A DNA stretch of 62,418 nucleotides, filler included, from Vannella sp. (taxonomy: Eukaryota), in NCBI GenBank assembly GCA_023345925.1. It is 6 parts of 6 records of this genome, joined end to end, with 100 filler letters (N's around TTAATTAATTAA, not from the genome) between each part and the next. Parts side by side here need not be neighbours in the genome. Positions count along the whole stretch, not along the records: positions 1 to 17,072 come from JAJQQN010000209.1; 5 more parts are not named here. One strand, written 5' to 3'. Positions 1-10,559 of the stretch are shown in pieces. Position 1 is the stretch's first letter; each line of letters starts with the position of its first letter. The position numbers and the translations under genes were made by a program. Below the pieces are notes generated by a model, which saw only the letters and a program-made list of their open reading frames with translations, had not been told where the DNA came from and did not search any database.

Positions 1-97
1 GATAGCGGTTCGGCTTCCTGGTCCTTTAAATCTATGATTAAGCATGAATGACCTGATAAGTGGTTTTGAGGAACTTTGAAAAACCTCATTTGTGAGG

Positions 98-3049
98 ATG
101 TCGATGCTGCGGAGCGGGGCGGCCTCTGGAAAGAAGAAGAAGAAGCACATGTCGATATCTAGCTCGCCTGATGAGGTGTCTAATGAGTTTTTGCAGTGTA
201 GTACACAGTCTCTTGCTCTCTCAGAGCTGCAGGTGAGTTACCGCTCTTCTGAAGGTTGCTTTGTAGCTCAGTGTTGGAAGGATATTCTGGCTCTTGTACT
301 CCCGCAGCTTGTGGAGAGAGGATGCGGTCCTCTTTACCTCAGCGACCAGAAGGTGGATACTGAGAAGAGCACAAAGATCCAAGAGCTGTACAAGATGGGA
401 CAAGATGGCAGCGGTGTGCTCTCTGGAGTGACTGTTAACATCCTGGTATGCTCTCACTCACCCAATGGACGACTTACCACCCACTATACCAAAGAAAGTC
501 GTACGAAACCATCTCAACACCGTCTTAGACGAGCAAGAGAGCATCCACAGCGCTGTTAAAATCCAGTCGCTCGTCCGGGGCTGGCTTGTGCGACAGCAGA
601 TGATCACAAGTAAGAACATGTTATCAAGAGTATCGTTTAGTGCTCACAGGACTGGTCAACCAGTTCGCCCTGTGATGGGAAGCCTCAAACACACGAAGAT
701 TATCTTCTGCGACCTTGTTAAGACTGAGCGTCAGTACATTCAAGACCTGAAGAGTCTCATTAACGTACGTTGTGCTTCTCTGTCCCTTTTGAGCCCTCCT
801 AATGGAGGGGTAGACGTACTTGTTGCCCTGCCGAGCAAAGTCTTCGACCTCAGAAGAAGTTCATGACGTTATAAGCGTGTTTGGAAACATCGAGAGCATC
901 CTCTCGGTTCACCAACCGCTCCTACGAGAGATCTTGCACATTCAAGAGTACCGTTGGCCCTACTTTAACGGTTTGGGGAAGCTCTTCATGCAGCATGCTT
1001 CAGACTTCCAGTCCTACGGAGACTATGCAGAGAACTGTACCACTTCAAGGACCACCCTCACAAGCATCCTCAGCAATCGCAAACATCCCTTCCGAGAGAT
1101 CTTCGAGGTAAGGTCTTCCAAGGCACTACCTCACTCAAAACAACTTATCAACGTATGGTAGCACGGGAATGTACCTGGGAGATTGGAGATGCTCTTGCTA
1201 CTGCCACTCCAGCGTGTCGCCAAGTATGCGAGCGTCCTGGAGGCGTTCCTCAACTGGTCTGCGAGCATTAGTAACAGCGAAATCGAGTATCTATCTCGTG
1301 CCCAAGCGATTATGACCAACATCAATGCTCTTGTGAGCCGCAATCTAGAGCTAGCAGACCGAGCTGCTGAGAACAAGGAGATTCAACGAACCGTCATCTT
1401 CGAAGTAAGTCCTTGTCACTCGGGGAGGGGCGTTTGTGCTCAACCTTGCGAAGTCTCCCTTCCAATTACACAACGAGACCCGGTTTTTGGTGCATCAGGG
1501 ATTAGTTTATGGCGTTAGCCTGAAGAAGTTGCATTATTACCTCTTTAACGACATCCTCTTCATCACCAAGGCACAAGGGGACAAGCAGAAGATGCTATAC
1601 AATGTTGATCTTCTACATGCATCCATGGATGCAAAGCCTGAGGCCATTTACGAGCTCTCCTTCGGCAATGAGAAGCTCTCTTTCCGTATTGACAAAGGGC
1701 TTGATAACTTGGAGGTATGGAGAGACCTTTGCAAGGTTAAGAAGGTGTTCACTCTGCAGTAGAGGATTCAAAAGCAGATCTTCAAGCACAAGAAGACTGG
1801 AGTCATATTTGGCATTCCAGTGGAACAGGTCCTCCGACAAGAGAAGCGCCACCTTGACGATGGAGGCTCCGGCATTCCTATGGTGGTGGAGTTCATTGTC
1901 GAGTACCTCACGAAGAATGGTTAGTTTCCGATGTTTCATTCTCAATGGTGGACAATTTCTCATGATTCTCTCAGCTATTGAGACGGAGGGATTGCTTCGA
2001 ATGACAGGCAAATTTGACAACATTGAGGCACTCATCGGACCTTGTAGGCTCACACTGACGTCTGGGAAAGCGTCCTTGAAGAGCTACGACTCCATTCAGC
2101 TGGCAAGTTACAACGTTCACGATGTTGCAGCAGTACTCCGCGTTTTCTTCCGAGAAATGCCTGAGCCTGTGATACCTTTTGAGATGTACGAACCACTCAT
2201 GGAGGTCCAACGGAACGTGGATCTTCCCATCGACTCTCGAGTTCGGGCAATCAAAGACATTATCTTGGGGCTGTCTCCTTCCAATGCAGCACTCCTGAGG
2301 TTCCTTGTTAAATTCCTCCAAGACATCGAGGAGCACTCGAATGTGAACAAGATGACTGTCTCGTAAGTGCATTGCTTCATCAGCGGATTTGTTCTCATCA
2401 AGCCTGAAAAAGCAATTTGGCCATCGTTTTTGGTCCCAACATCATTCGAGCTCAGGTTCAGACTGTTCAGTGTGCACTTGAAATGCCTTTGCTGCAAGGC
2501 ATTCTGCAGATTCTTATCGAACACAGCGCACACATCTGGGACAATGGACTGTCCAATCCGCCCCTGTCGGCCAGAAGCCGCCCACTCTCGACTCTGTACC
2601 TTGGGAAGGACCTCAAGCCAACATTGCAGTTGCCAGAGTCCACTACCCCAAGTAAGCTCCGTAACTCCATTGGGGTCCACAACCCTCCTGCATCACCAGA
2701 CTCAGGAGCAAGAAGAGCTCCAGTCCGTGCGCCAACTGGAGATAAGATCAAAGAAAGCCTTCGCATCTTTGAACGAGTTGACTCCCCTCCGCCAACTGCA
2801 GTGCGAGTTGTCAGAGAAAAATCTGTCGAAAGAGTCCCCCGCAGAAGCCTCCAAGAGCGCGCTAAAAGCAATGGGAACATGTTTGAAGCTGACCAAGTCA
2901 ACGCAGTCCTCCAGTCTGTGACGCTTTCGCCACAAATCCACCGTTCGAAGCGGGAAAAAGACAAATCAACCAGCAAGGACGAAAAAGCTCTGAAGGAAAA
3001 ACCCTCTCAACGTAGAACCAAGACGAAAAAAACTAGTACCACCGAATAA
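98..3049 (+). CDS. Multi-exon IQ-RhoGEF(DH)-PH-RhoGAP protein (dual GEF/GAP for Rho/Rac GTPases); 5' exon structure uncertain
   Basis: IQ motif KIQSLVRGWLVR. DH motifs DLVKTERQYIQDL, FGNIESILSVH and LLLPLQRVAKY. PH segment HYYLFNDILFIT. RhoGAP motifs TEGLLRMTG, DVAAVLRVFFREMPEP and NKMTVS|NLAIVFGPNI, joined across intron 2363-2412. Confidence 0.88.
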
Positions 3050-3213
3050 ACTGCCTTACGCGCGGGAATGGGCTCTTCCCCTAAGAATCGGCCAAATTAG
3101 GAAAAATTCCTTTAACAGATAAAGAAAGCCTGGTCCGGGCCGACCACGAAGCTGAAGGGATCCGAACCTCAACGATGGGTAGAGTGGTGTTAACGATATA
3201 AATATGCTCATGT

Positions 3214-3870
3214 TCAGATGAGTTGGAACTGGTGGATCATGCTCCAACTCATCTCATTTGAGACGAGTTCGAGCTCTCGAGCTTTCACCTTGCTTCCTGT
3301 CGCGTACTTGTGTCCAGCAGCGAAGAGGGCCTCCCACAACACCTTCTTAAACACCATTCCGTTTTCGTGATAGAGCTCCAGCTCCACCTTGTGCGGAATC
3401 TTCGTTTTGGGAAAGTTGCGCGGGAACATGTAGAAGTGGTACTCCTCCGGGCCAAAAGGGGGGTGAAGAGGGAGTTGAACGTCGTGGGTAGTGAAGGTTG
3501 GATGGTGACGAGGCTTGTTGAACTCACAGAGGTACAGTTGGATCTCGGTTCCGATCAACGGAGTTAATCGGAACACAAAGCGCACGATGTGGTGCTCCCG
3601 CAGGTTGTAAAGAGAGAACTGTCTCGACTTACCTACTTTCATGAACGTAAAGTCACTCTTCCCTTCGAAGGGGCTGTTGCTGCTCCTCCGTTGGCGGCAA
3701 GTGATCTTGACGTGAGAGTTGGGGTCGGATGGGAAGTCTTCAGGAGTGGGAGGTGTATCGTACGCCTGATGCTGCTGGCGTTCAGGTTCGATCTGAGGAT
3801 ATTTTTGATTGCTCTGGTTCTCGAAGTGGATGCTCTGGAAGGTCTGGAGGGGAAGAGCGAACGCGAACAT
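3214..3870 (-). CDS. Uncharacterised intronless protein (~218 aa), beta-rich core
   Basis: Open frame from ATG 3870 (MFAFALPLQ) to stop 3214 with a Q/P-rich N-terminus and globular-looking core; no firm family call. Confidence 0.6.
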   Translation of the reverse strand: MFAFALPLQTFQSIHFENQSNQKYPQIEPERQQHQAYDTPPTPEDFPSDPNSHVKITCRQRRSSNSPFEGKSDFTFMKVGKSRQFSLYNLREHHIVRFVFRLTPLIGTEIQLYLCEFNKPRHHPTFTTHDVQLPLHPPFGPEEYHFYMFPRNFPKTKIPHKVELELYHENGMVFKKVLWEALFAAGHKYATGSKVKARELELVSNEMSWSMIHQFQLI

Positions 3871-4538
3871 CGCTTCCCAACAGAGGGGCGCTGAGAAATG
3901 GGAACGTCCGAACCTTATTAGCAACCTTGAAGTCAGTAATTGTCCTAAAGCACGCCTTTGAATTGTAAAATATTGATTTCTCACATCCCATCTTCCAACA
4001 GCTTATTTCCTTATCAAGGAGCATTTCACTTTCCTTTTGGGGTGGGATGTTGGTCGGTCACTTTTCTCCAACACCTTGTCAAATAGGTCTTGTTGTTGAG
4101 AATGGATGCGAGTTGGGTTGTTGGCTTTCAATACCATATCGGCGTGTCTAACATTACTGAAAAGGTATGTCGTTGCGGGAAAGCAAGTTTGAAAGACCGT
4201 CTTGGTACGAAGGCAGACACAAGTGATCAGTTGATTTGACAAAGAATGTCACTCCCCACAGAGAGGAGATGGAAGTCATTTCGTCACCTTTCGTGGATGC
4301 ATCACCGACGCTGATGCATCCTTCGAACATGCCGAATCCTCGAGGTTCCATTTGAAAGGCCTCTCGTAGCCTCCTTCTCTTCTCGGTAGAACATGTTTTT
4401 GGTGGCAGCAGAGACAGTTCCAACCTACTCTCTCCGTCACTGCAGAAGGAGCGCCAGAAGGAAGTGAGCCCATTTATTGTGTGATTATGCTGGTTACAAC
4501 CCCCAAAAAAGGAAGCCTCAGTTCTCCGTGCATTCCTC

Positions 4539-7500
4539 ATGACCTTCAGGTTTCTTCACACTCAAACGGAGGAGCTGCTTTGGCAGAGCCTGAGGAATGT
4601 TGTCAACTTAGGGCAGAGTGAAATGGTGCGGGCGCTGCTCCATCAGCTCTTTCTGCTTCAGCCAGAGGGTGTTCGAGCCTTTGTAGGGGGCTTGTTGGAG
4701 GAGGGACTCCCCATCGGCTCGGTTTGTTTGAAGGATTCCTCGCATGTCTCTTTACTTCTCCAACTTCACCAAGAAGCACTGCCTTTGGGTGTCTCTATCA
4801 CACCTCAGATGGAGGTTCAGCTTGCTTTGTTGCAGTACGACCAAACCCTGCTTCGTGTGGCGCGATTGGCGCCTGAACCTTCTCTCTCTCTTCCTCTTTT
4901 CCGCTTTGTGCGTGCGTTGCACACTGCAATCGTTGCTGGCGAAGAGTTCCTCGAAGATCTACCCGAGGAGGTTGCAGACCTCGCGCGCTGGTGGCTCCAA
5001 CAGAGATCAAAAGCCTTTATGTGGATACTCATACCTCTTCTAAAGCTTAGAGGTGATTCTACCATCCGTAACGAGTGGAGAGTCTCGCAGAAATCACTGC
5101 TGGCCCTCTTTCTGGACCAATTCGACAATCTCATCACTCAGGAGGCCGAACTTGCGCAGGTTAGGCTCTTTATACGTCACTTCTACTTGATACCTCCTTT
5201 GGAGATGTTGATTGAAGGCACTCGCCGCCGCTTAGAGAAGAACTTCTCTAAAGTTGCCCAAAAAGTAGCCTCAGCAGATCCTGCAAGCTCAGAACTGATC
5301 TACCAGGCTCTACTATCAAGTAGAAACGAAGAAATCATCCAACTGTACCTCCAGATAGAGGATAGTCGCTACAGCGAACCCAAAACGGAGACTGGTGACT
5401 CGGTCCTTTGTGCCATCATGAATGAATCGGACGAGGAAGCCTTCTGGCGTACCTACGGAAGTTACTGCAGAGTTAATGGAGTAGAGCTCCTTGGAACCTT
5501 TCTCAAAGCCTCTTGGGAACTCCTTAAAGAGGGAAAGGCGCGCTTAGCAGGGTCTTGGGCCAAGAGATTCCCTCAAATGCGCCCGTATCTGCTACTAGCA
5601 GCCTGGCCCTTGTATCAATCAGATCGTACTGCATTACAGGAACTCATAGAGTGCTTCCACAGTGAGCAGACAACGCGAGAATGCGATCAACATGTCGTAG
5701 ATTCGGCCAGTCTGCTGATTCACCAGCTTTCTGTGAGCGATTGGATTGCCAAGCAAGAAGGAAGGCAGGCCAGTATAGAACAGGCACTAAGAAGACTACA
5801 GGACCACTCTTTATTACAAGTTCTCCTCAGCGCTTTCCCAGAAGGATGGGAGTTCTCTCTTCCAGACATTCACAAAGCCATCTTGACTCCTTCAAAGGAA
5901 GACTGTGAAAGATTAAGAAGGTACAAACGGCAGAATCTCACTGAAATTGGATCCTACCAGGTTCTGCGGGACATTGGCCGGGTAGGGAATATCTTAAAGT
6001 CCACAGAGGATATCCAAGAGCAAGTTTCTTCCCTTCTGAGCTCTATTCGGCATGGTATTTGCGCTCTGAAAGAGAATACCATCCAGGTGGACTTACTAAG
6101 CGTTTTGTTTGGGCTCCTTATGTCCCCAATTCATGATATGGAGGCCGAGAATCAGCTCTTTCTGGTCATTAACATCACCAAGACCTTGTCTCTTGGATGC
6201 GAGGCAATTTCAGTTCCTCCAGCGATGAGCCAAGCCATAGAGGAAGGAGTGTGGCGCCTCGCGTTTCTCCAAAATCACAACTATCGAAACAAAGCTCTAT
6301 TCTGGCAGCTCTGGGCCGCCGAACCTGCTTCTTTATTTGTGCATTATCTCCGACTGGGAGATCTAAGTGCTTGTGAAGGACTTCTGACAAGATTCAGCTT
6401 TCTTCGGGAGACTCCAATTTACTCTGTTTTTGTGAGATCCAAGGAACTGATTTCGCTTCGCTCTTCTGAAGTTGCTTTGTCCTTTACTGGGCAAGAAGCT
6501 ACCGCTGCTGACCACTTGGTAACTGCTTATTCCTTGGAGAAGATTGGGGATGTTGATATGTACACTACTGTCCTCTCAAATGCTCTCTCAGATCGACAGA
6601 GAGAGCAAGAAACTTCCGTTTCGTTGAGAGCTTTCCCGGATGCACTCCCTCTTGAGCTTACATTGACTCCAACAACGCTTTTTGCAAAGGGAGAGGGGAT
6701 AGCTCCACTCTGGTTCACAATGGACCAAGCAAGAGCAACGAGAAAGTTATGGGAGCTTTATGAGATACTTTGCGCTCCATCTGAGGTGACATCCAGTCTC
6801 TCTCTAGCTCTCTCAGACCTCCCGAAGCTCCAGCAATTCAGCTCTCAGTCCATTCGCCCCCAAAATAAGGCGTCAGGGGCTTACTTTATCGAATTCATTC
6901 AATTGCTGGGGGAGATGCTGGATATATTGTATCCCCAGGAAAGCCGGGAACCCTCCCAATCCCTCTCTCTTGAATTTCTGGCTCATTCTCCGGATGAATT
7001 GATTGGCCGATTGGTTTCAGAGTTTGAGGACTTTGCAAAAGCGGGGCAGCTCGCCGACCTATTCCAACGCAATCTCATAACTGGAGTTCTTCGCAGTATT
7101 TGTCGGATGCGGGCTGAAGTCTCCATCGGTGCTGCTGGAGGGGGCGATTCTGTGCTTCTAACAGATAAGATTGTTTCTTATTTGCACTCTTCCTCCCCAA
7201 TCGTAGCTCTGCTGGCTTGTCTGTATCTCTCCCCTTTGGGGCCATCCACAGGAGTGTTTTATCTTCGTGCTCAAGAGATCTTGCGGTCTATGAGTAGTGA
7301 GAACGCCCTAATGGAGGAGTGGATCAATAGAGAACATGTGGACCCTCTCTCACACCTTTCAGCTGCCCTTCCAGATTCTAACCGCCCAGACATTCAAAAG
7401 GAACTCTTATTGTACCTAAGCAGCGGGGACCTTGTCTCTTACTATCGTGCAATTGCTCTTTCTTATGAAGCAGGAGGCCAATATGACAAAGCACTTGCCA

Positions 7501-10500
7501 TTTTTGACCAATTCATCCCAGAAGGACCGCCAAATAGCCTTCTTGATTCTCTGTTACAGCAGAAAGGGACTTCAAAGGATTCTTGGGAGCTGATAATCAG
7601 GTTGAAAGACTTACCACTGGCTAGAAAAAGAGCATTTGAGCAAATGGAGGCTTGGGAACTTCCCCAGTGCATCTCTACTCTTTCTCAGATTGCCTCTTGC
7701 TCCACAGGAGACCCTTCTATACAGCAAGTGGATGCTATTGTCCAAGAGTTACTTATTTATCAGAAGGTACTTGCATCTGACATCGCTTCAAGTCAGAACG
7801 CCACTTGGCAAGCTTTAGCAACCCATTGCCGGCGTGACCCAGCTGCTGTCATTGAACAATTAGTGGACCTTCGCAACTACGATTTAGCAAGGCAAGTGGC
7901 TCTTCTATTCGCTCCATCTTCCAGCGTGCAAAGATCAATTGAGATCAAATTCCTTCTAACAAGACTCCGCGCCAATATGGCGGAGCGCAAATCGACCCCA
8001 GAGAGCTTAGAAGAAGAGCAAACAATTATTCGCTACTTGGAGGAGATGAAAGGGGGCTTGAACGTTGCTGAAAGCATAATTGACTTGTTGTCCAAGAGAC
8101 CTCCTTCCCTTCCCTCCGGCCGCCATAACAAGGAAGAATTGGTTTCTTTTTGCCATGAAGTAGAGCAGTTCTTGAAGATTCAGCTCTTCCTTATCGCTTA
8201 TCTTCTTTCTCACTGCACAGCAGAAGAGCAGTTGGAGCAATTCTCGACTGGGTTGTTGCGACAACGCCAAATGGGACTGAAAATGCTTCATCAATTGCCA
8301 TCTTATTCTATTGAAGCTTATTTGAGGCTTGCTGGGCATCCCTCTCTGATTGTGGAGGCTCTTTTGGCTACTGAGCAGACCTCGGAGCTAGCAAGACTCC
8401 TTGATGCATTCCCGCAACTTCGAGATGACTCATTGATTCTATACTATAGCCAACGCGCCATGTCCTCGTCCTCAGTGAACAGTGAAACTGTCTCAGGAAC
8501 CTCAATCAGTCATTCGCACTCTTCTCTCAGGCAAATCCGACGTGACTTCATCTCAGTGAGACACTCCAGTGATTCAGCACGGGTACTGAAGAAGCTAGTT
8601 GTCGTCGATGACCTCGTGGGACAACCTGAAAGGAAAGTTCCTTTCACAGGAGAACCTGCTCAGGACCAGAAAAGACGCGAACAGTTCGCTTACCCTTCTG
8701 CGCCGAATATTAGACTTTTCAAATCACTGATAAGCCTCTCTTCAGACCAAAAGAAGGCTGCGGAATTGTGCCTAAAGCTTGCAAACGAGCTTTCAGTGAT
8801 GGTACCATCGTCTAATGATCCTCTTTATGTAACAGACCAGATTAAGCAAGTTCTCTTAGCTGGGAAGTTCCTCTTGTTAGAGGCGAACTTGGCATCTGAT
8901 ATTAGTGACCGTCTTTTGGACCATTTGGGAATCATTCAGTCCCTGATTATCAGCCAGTGCTCCGCCCAGCTGCAGTTAACACTAATGGACTTTCAGGACC
9001 GGAGGAAACTGGAATACCTTCGAGATAGACTTATCAAGGAGGACCATCTTCAGTTGGCTTTAGAGCTTTCTGACAAATGTCAATTGGACCCTTCATCTGT
9101 CTATGGGTCTTGGGGACTGGCATTGCTGCGCATGGGAATGTACAGTCAAGCTAAGGAGAAGTTCATGCTCTGTCTTAAGGAAGCAAGTGATATCGGAGGG
9201 AATCGGGGAAGATCTAGCACTGCTGCTCTTCAGAGTCAAGCTTCAGCTCAAACTAGGTTGGTGAATGACATTGTCCGAGTTTTGGAAACCAAAGCTCTTC
9301 CTGATAGTAAAGCACTCCGCCAGGAACAACGGAACAGGATGAGAAGTCGGCTGATGAACATAACTCCGCCCTCAGTACCAACTACCGACTTCTCCCTTCC
9401 TCGGATTGCACCAAACCAATTGGATAGTGAGCGTTACATGCAATGCGTGTTTTATCTTACCCGTTACGGAAACGACAATGACTGCGTTGCCTTTTGGATG
9501 CGTCACAATAACTTTGAAGACGCTTTCCGCCTCATTCTCAGGAAGCGGATGGATCCCAAGCTCTTTATTGAGTCTTGTATGGCCGTTATCCGCCGCAGGG
9601 GGCTTTCGTATTTCCTTCAGGAGGTTATTCTTCGGATAGATCCGAAGTTGGTGATGAGTCCAACGTATTTGCTGAAGCTTTGTGGGACTTTGTCTTCTAT
9701 CAAAGCTGAAGAGGCTTTGTTTGAGACACAAATATTCATGGGTGACCACGTGAGGGCCGGATTGACATGTGTCAGCAAGGCCAAGAGAGCTGCGAGTAAC
9801 ATTCCTGTACAGCTTGCCTGTCTTCACTTGGCTGAAGAATCTCTGCAAAACGCTGTTGACACCCAGCAATGTCGGAAAGATGACTCTCCAATGTCTGAAA
9901 GTGAAGTTTGTGCACTTCTGCGTGCTTGCAAGCTTCAGATAAGTGTGATTGAACTCTTTGTTGACTCTTTCCATGGGAAAATTCCGGCCAGCTTAGCTTC
10001 TCTTTCTGTCCTTTCGAACGATCCCCAAGTCATTTCCAGTTTGGCTGAGAGCATTATCAGCTTGGGACACTTTCGTGTTGCCTTCCCGCTTCTCCAAGAG
10101 TTTTCAGAATCTGTTAGTAAGCAGGAAGTCTACTTTGCTGCTTGTTCCCGCATTTCGCGGGCCAAAAAGTACACAACGCTGGCTGATGTATTGCGACTTT
10201 TGAGACCCACTGGCACCTCTGAAGAGGACATCGATGAGATCTTGAAACGGTGTTCTCTCATATTTTTGCAATCTGGCGATCCCAAGAGTGCAGACAAACT
10301 TCTAGCCAAGATAGTTTCCGTTGAAGTTCGTGTGGAAGCTTATCTTGAGTGTGGCAAACTGGAGAAAGCCTTTCTCGACTCGGCACAAGCTCAGAGACCG
10401 GACTTGGTCCAATTAGTGCAAGAAGTGGCTCAGAGGAAGAACGCTCGGAATGTCTTCCAAATGTGCGCAAAATACTTCAGAGAACGCCGTGTGGGACCCA

Positions 10501-10505
10501 AATAG
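4539..10505 (+). CDS. ZFYVE26: Spastizin (ZFYVE26/SPG15) homolog, AP-5 accessory alpha-solenoid, lacking a FYVE domain
   Basis: 1988-aa single ORF. C-terminal motifs typical of the family: REQFAYPSAPN, LRDRLIKEDHLQLALELSDKC, WGLALLRMG..QAKEKF, CVFYLTRYG, QIFMGDHVRAGLTC. Confidence 0.85.
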   Translation: MTFRFLHTQTEELLWQSLRNVVNLGQSEMVRALLHQLFLLQPEGVRAFVGGLLEEGLPIGSVCLKDSSHVSLLLQLHQEALPLGVSITPQMEVQLALLQYDQTLLRVARLAPEPSLSLPLFRFVRALHTAIVAGEEFLEDLPEEVADLARWWLQQRSKAFMWILIPLLKLRGDSTIRNEWRVSQKSLLALFLDQFDNLITQEAELAQVRLFIRHFYLIPPLEMLIEGTRRRLEKNFSKVAQKVASADPASSELIYQALLSSRNEEIIQLYLQIEDSRYSEPKTETGDSVLCAIMNESDEEAFWRTYGSYCRVNGVELLGTFLKASWELLKEGKARLAGSWAKRFPQMRPYLLLAAWPLYQSDRTALQELIECFHSEQTTRECDQHVVDSASLLIHQLSVSDWIAKQEGRQASIEQALRRLQDHSLLQVLLSAFPEGWEFSLPDIHKAILTPSKEDCERLRRYKRQNLTEIGSYQVLRDIGRVGNILKSTEDIQEQVSSLLSSIRHGICALKENTIQVDLLSVLFGLLMSPIHDMEAENQLFLVINITKTLSLGCEAISVPPAMSQAIEEGVWRLAFLQNHNYRNKALFWQLWAAEPASLFVHYLRLGDLSACEGLLTRFSFLRETPIYSVFVRSKELISLRSSEVALSFTGQEATAADHLVTAYSLEKIGDVDMYTTVLSNALSDRQREQETSVSLRAFPDALPLELTLTPTTLFAKGEGIAPLWFTMDQARATRKLWELYEILCAPSEVTSSLSLALSDLPKLQQFSSQSIRPQNKASGAYFIEFIQLLGEMLDILYPQESREPSQSLSLEFLAHSPDELIGRLVSEFEDFAKAGQLADLFQRNLITGVLRSICRMRAEVSIGAAGGGDSVLLTDKIVSYLHSSSPIVALLACLYLSPLGPSTGVFYLRAQEILRSMSSENALMEEWINREHVDPLSHLSAALPDSNRPDIQKELLLYLSSGDLVSYYRAIALSYEAGGQYDKALAIFDQFIPEGPPNSLLDSLLQQKGTSKDSWELIIRLKDLPLARKRAFEQMEAWELPQCISTLSQIASCSTGDPSIQQVDAIVQELLIYQKVLASDIASSQNATWQALATHCRRDPAAVIEQLVDLRNYDLARQVALLFAPSSSVQRSIEIKFLLTRLRANMAERKSTPESLEEEQTIIRYLEEMKGGLNVAESIIDLLSKRPPSLPSGRHNKEELVSFCHEVEQFLKIQLFLIAYLLSHCTAEEQLEQFSTGLLRQRQMGLKMLHQLPSYSIEAYLRLAGHPSLIVEALLATEQTSELARLLDAFPQLRDDSLILYYSQRAMSSSSVNSETVSGTSISHSHSSLRQIRRDFISVRHSSDSARVLKKLVVVDDLVGQPERKVPFTGEPAQDQKRREQFAYPSAPNIRLFKSLISLSSDQKKAAELCLKLANELSVMVPSSNDPLYVTDQIKQVLLAGKFLLLEANLASDISDRLLDHLGIIQSLIISQCSAQLQLTLMDFQDRRKLEYLRDRLIKEDHLQLALELSDKCQLDPSSVYGSWGLALLRMGMYSQAKEKFMLCLKEASDIGGNRGRSSTAALQSQASAQTRLVNDIVRVLETKALPDSKALRQEQRNRMRSRLMNITPPSVPTTDFSLPRIAPNQLDSERYMQCVFYLTRYGNDNDCVAFWMRHNNFEDAFRLILRKRMDPKLFIESCMAVIRRRGLSYFLQEVILRIDPKLVMSPTYLLKLCGTLSSIKAEEALFETQIFMGDHVRAGLTCVSKAKRAASNIPVQLACLHLAEESLQNAVDTQQCRKDDSPMSESEVCALLRACKLQISVIELFVDSFHGKIPASLASLSVLSNDPQVISSLAESIISLGHFRVAFPLLQEFSESVSKQEVYFAACSRISRAKKYTTLADVLRLLRPTGTSEEDIDEILKRCSLIFLQSGDPKSADKLLAKIVSVEVRVEAYLECGKLEKAFLDSAQAQRPDLVQLVQEVAQRKNARNVFQMCAKYFRERRVGPK

Positions 10506-10559
10506 CTGGCTACTGGAGAAGATAAAGTGTATTTTAAGGTTCTAAGTGTACAGACAGCG

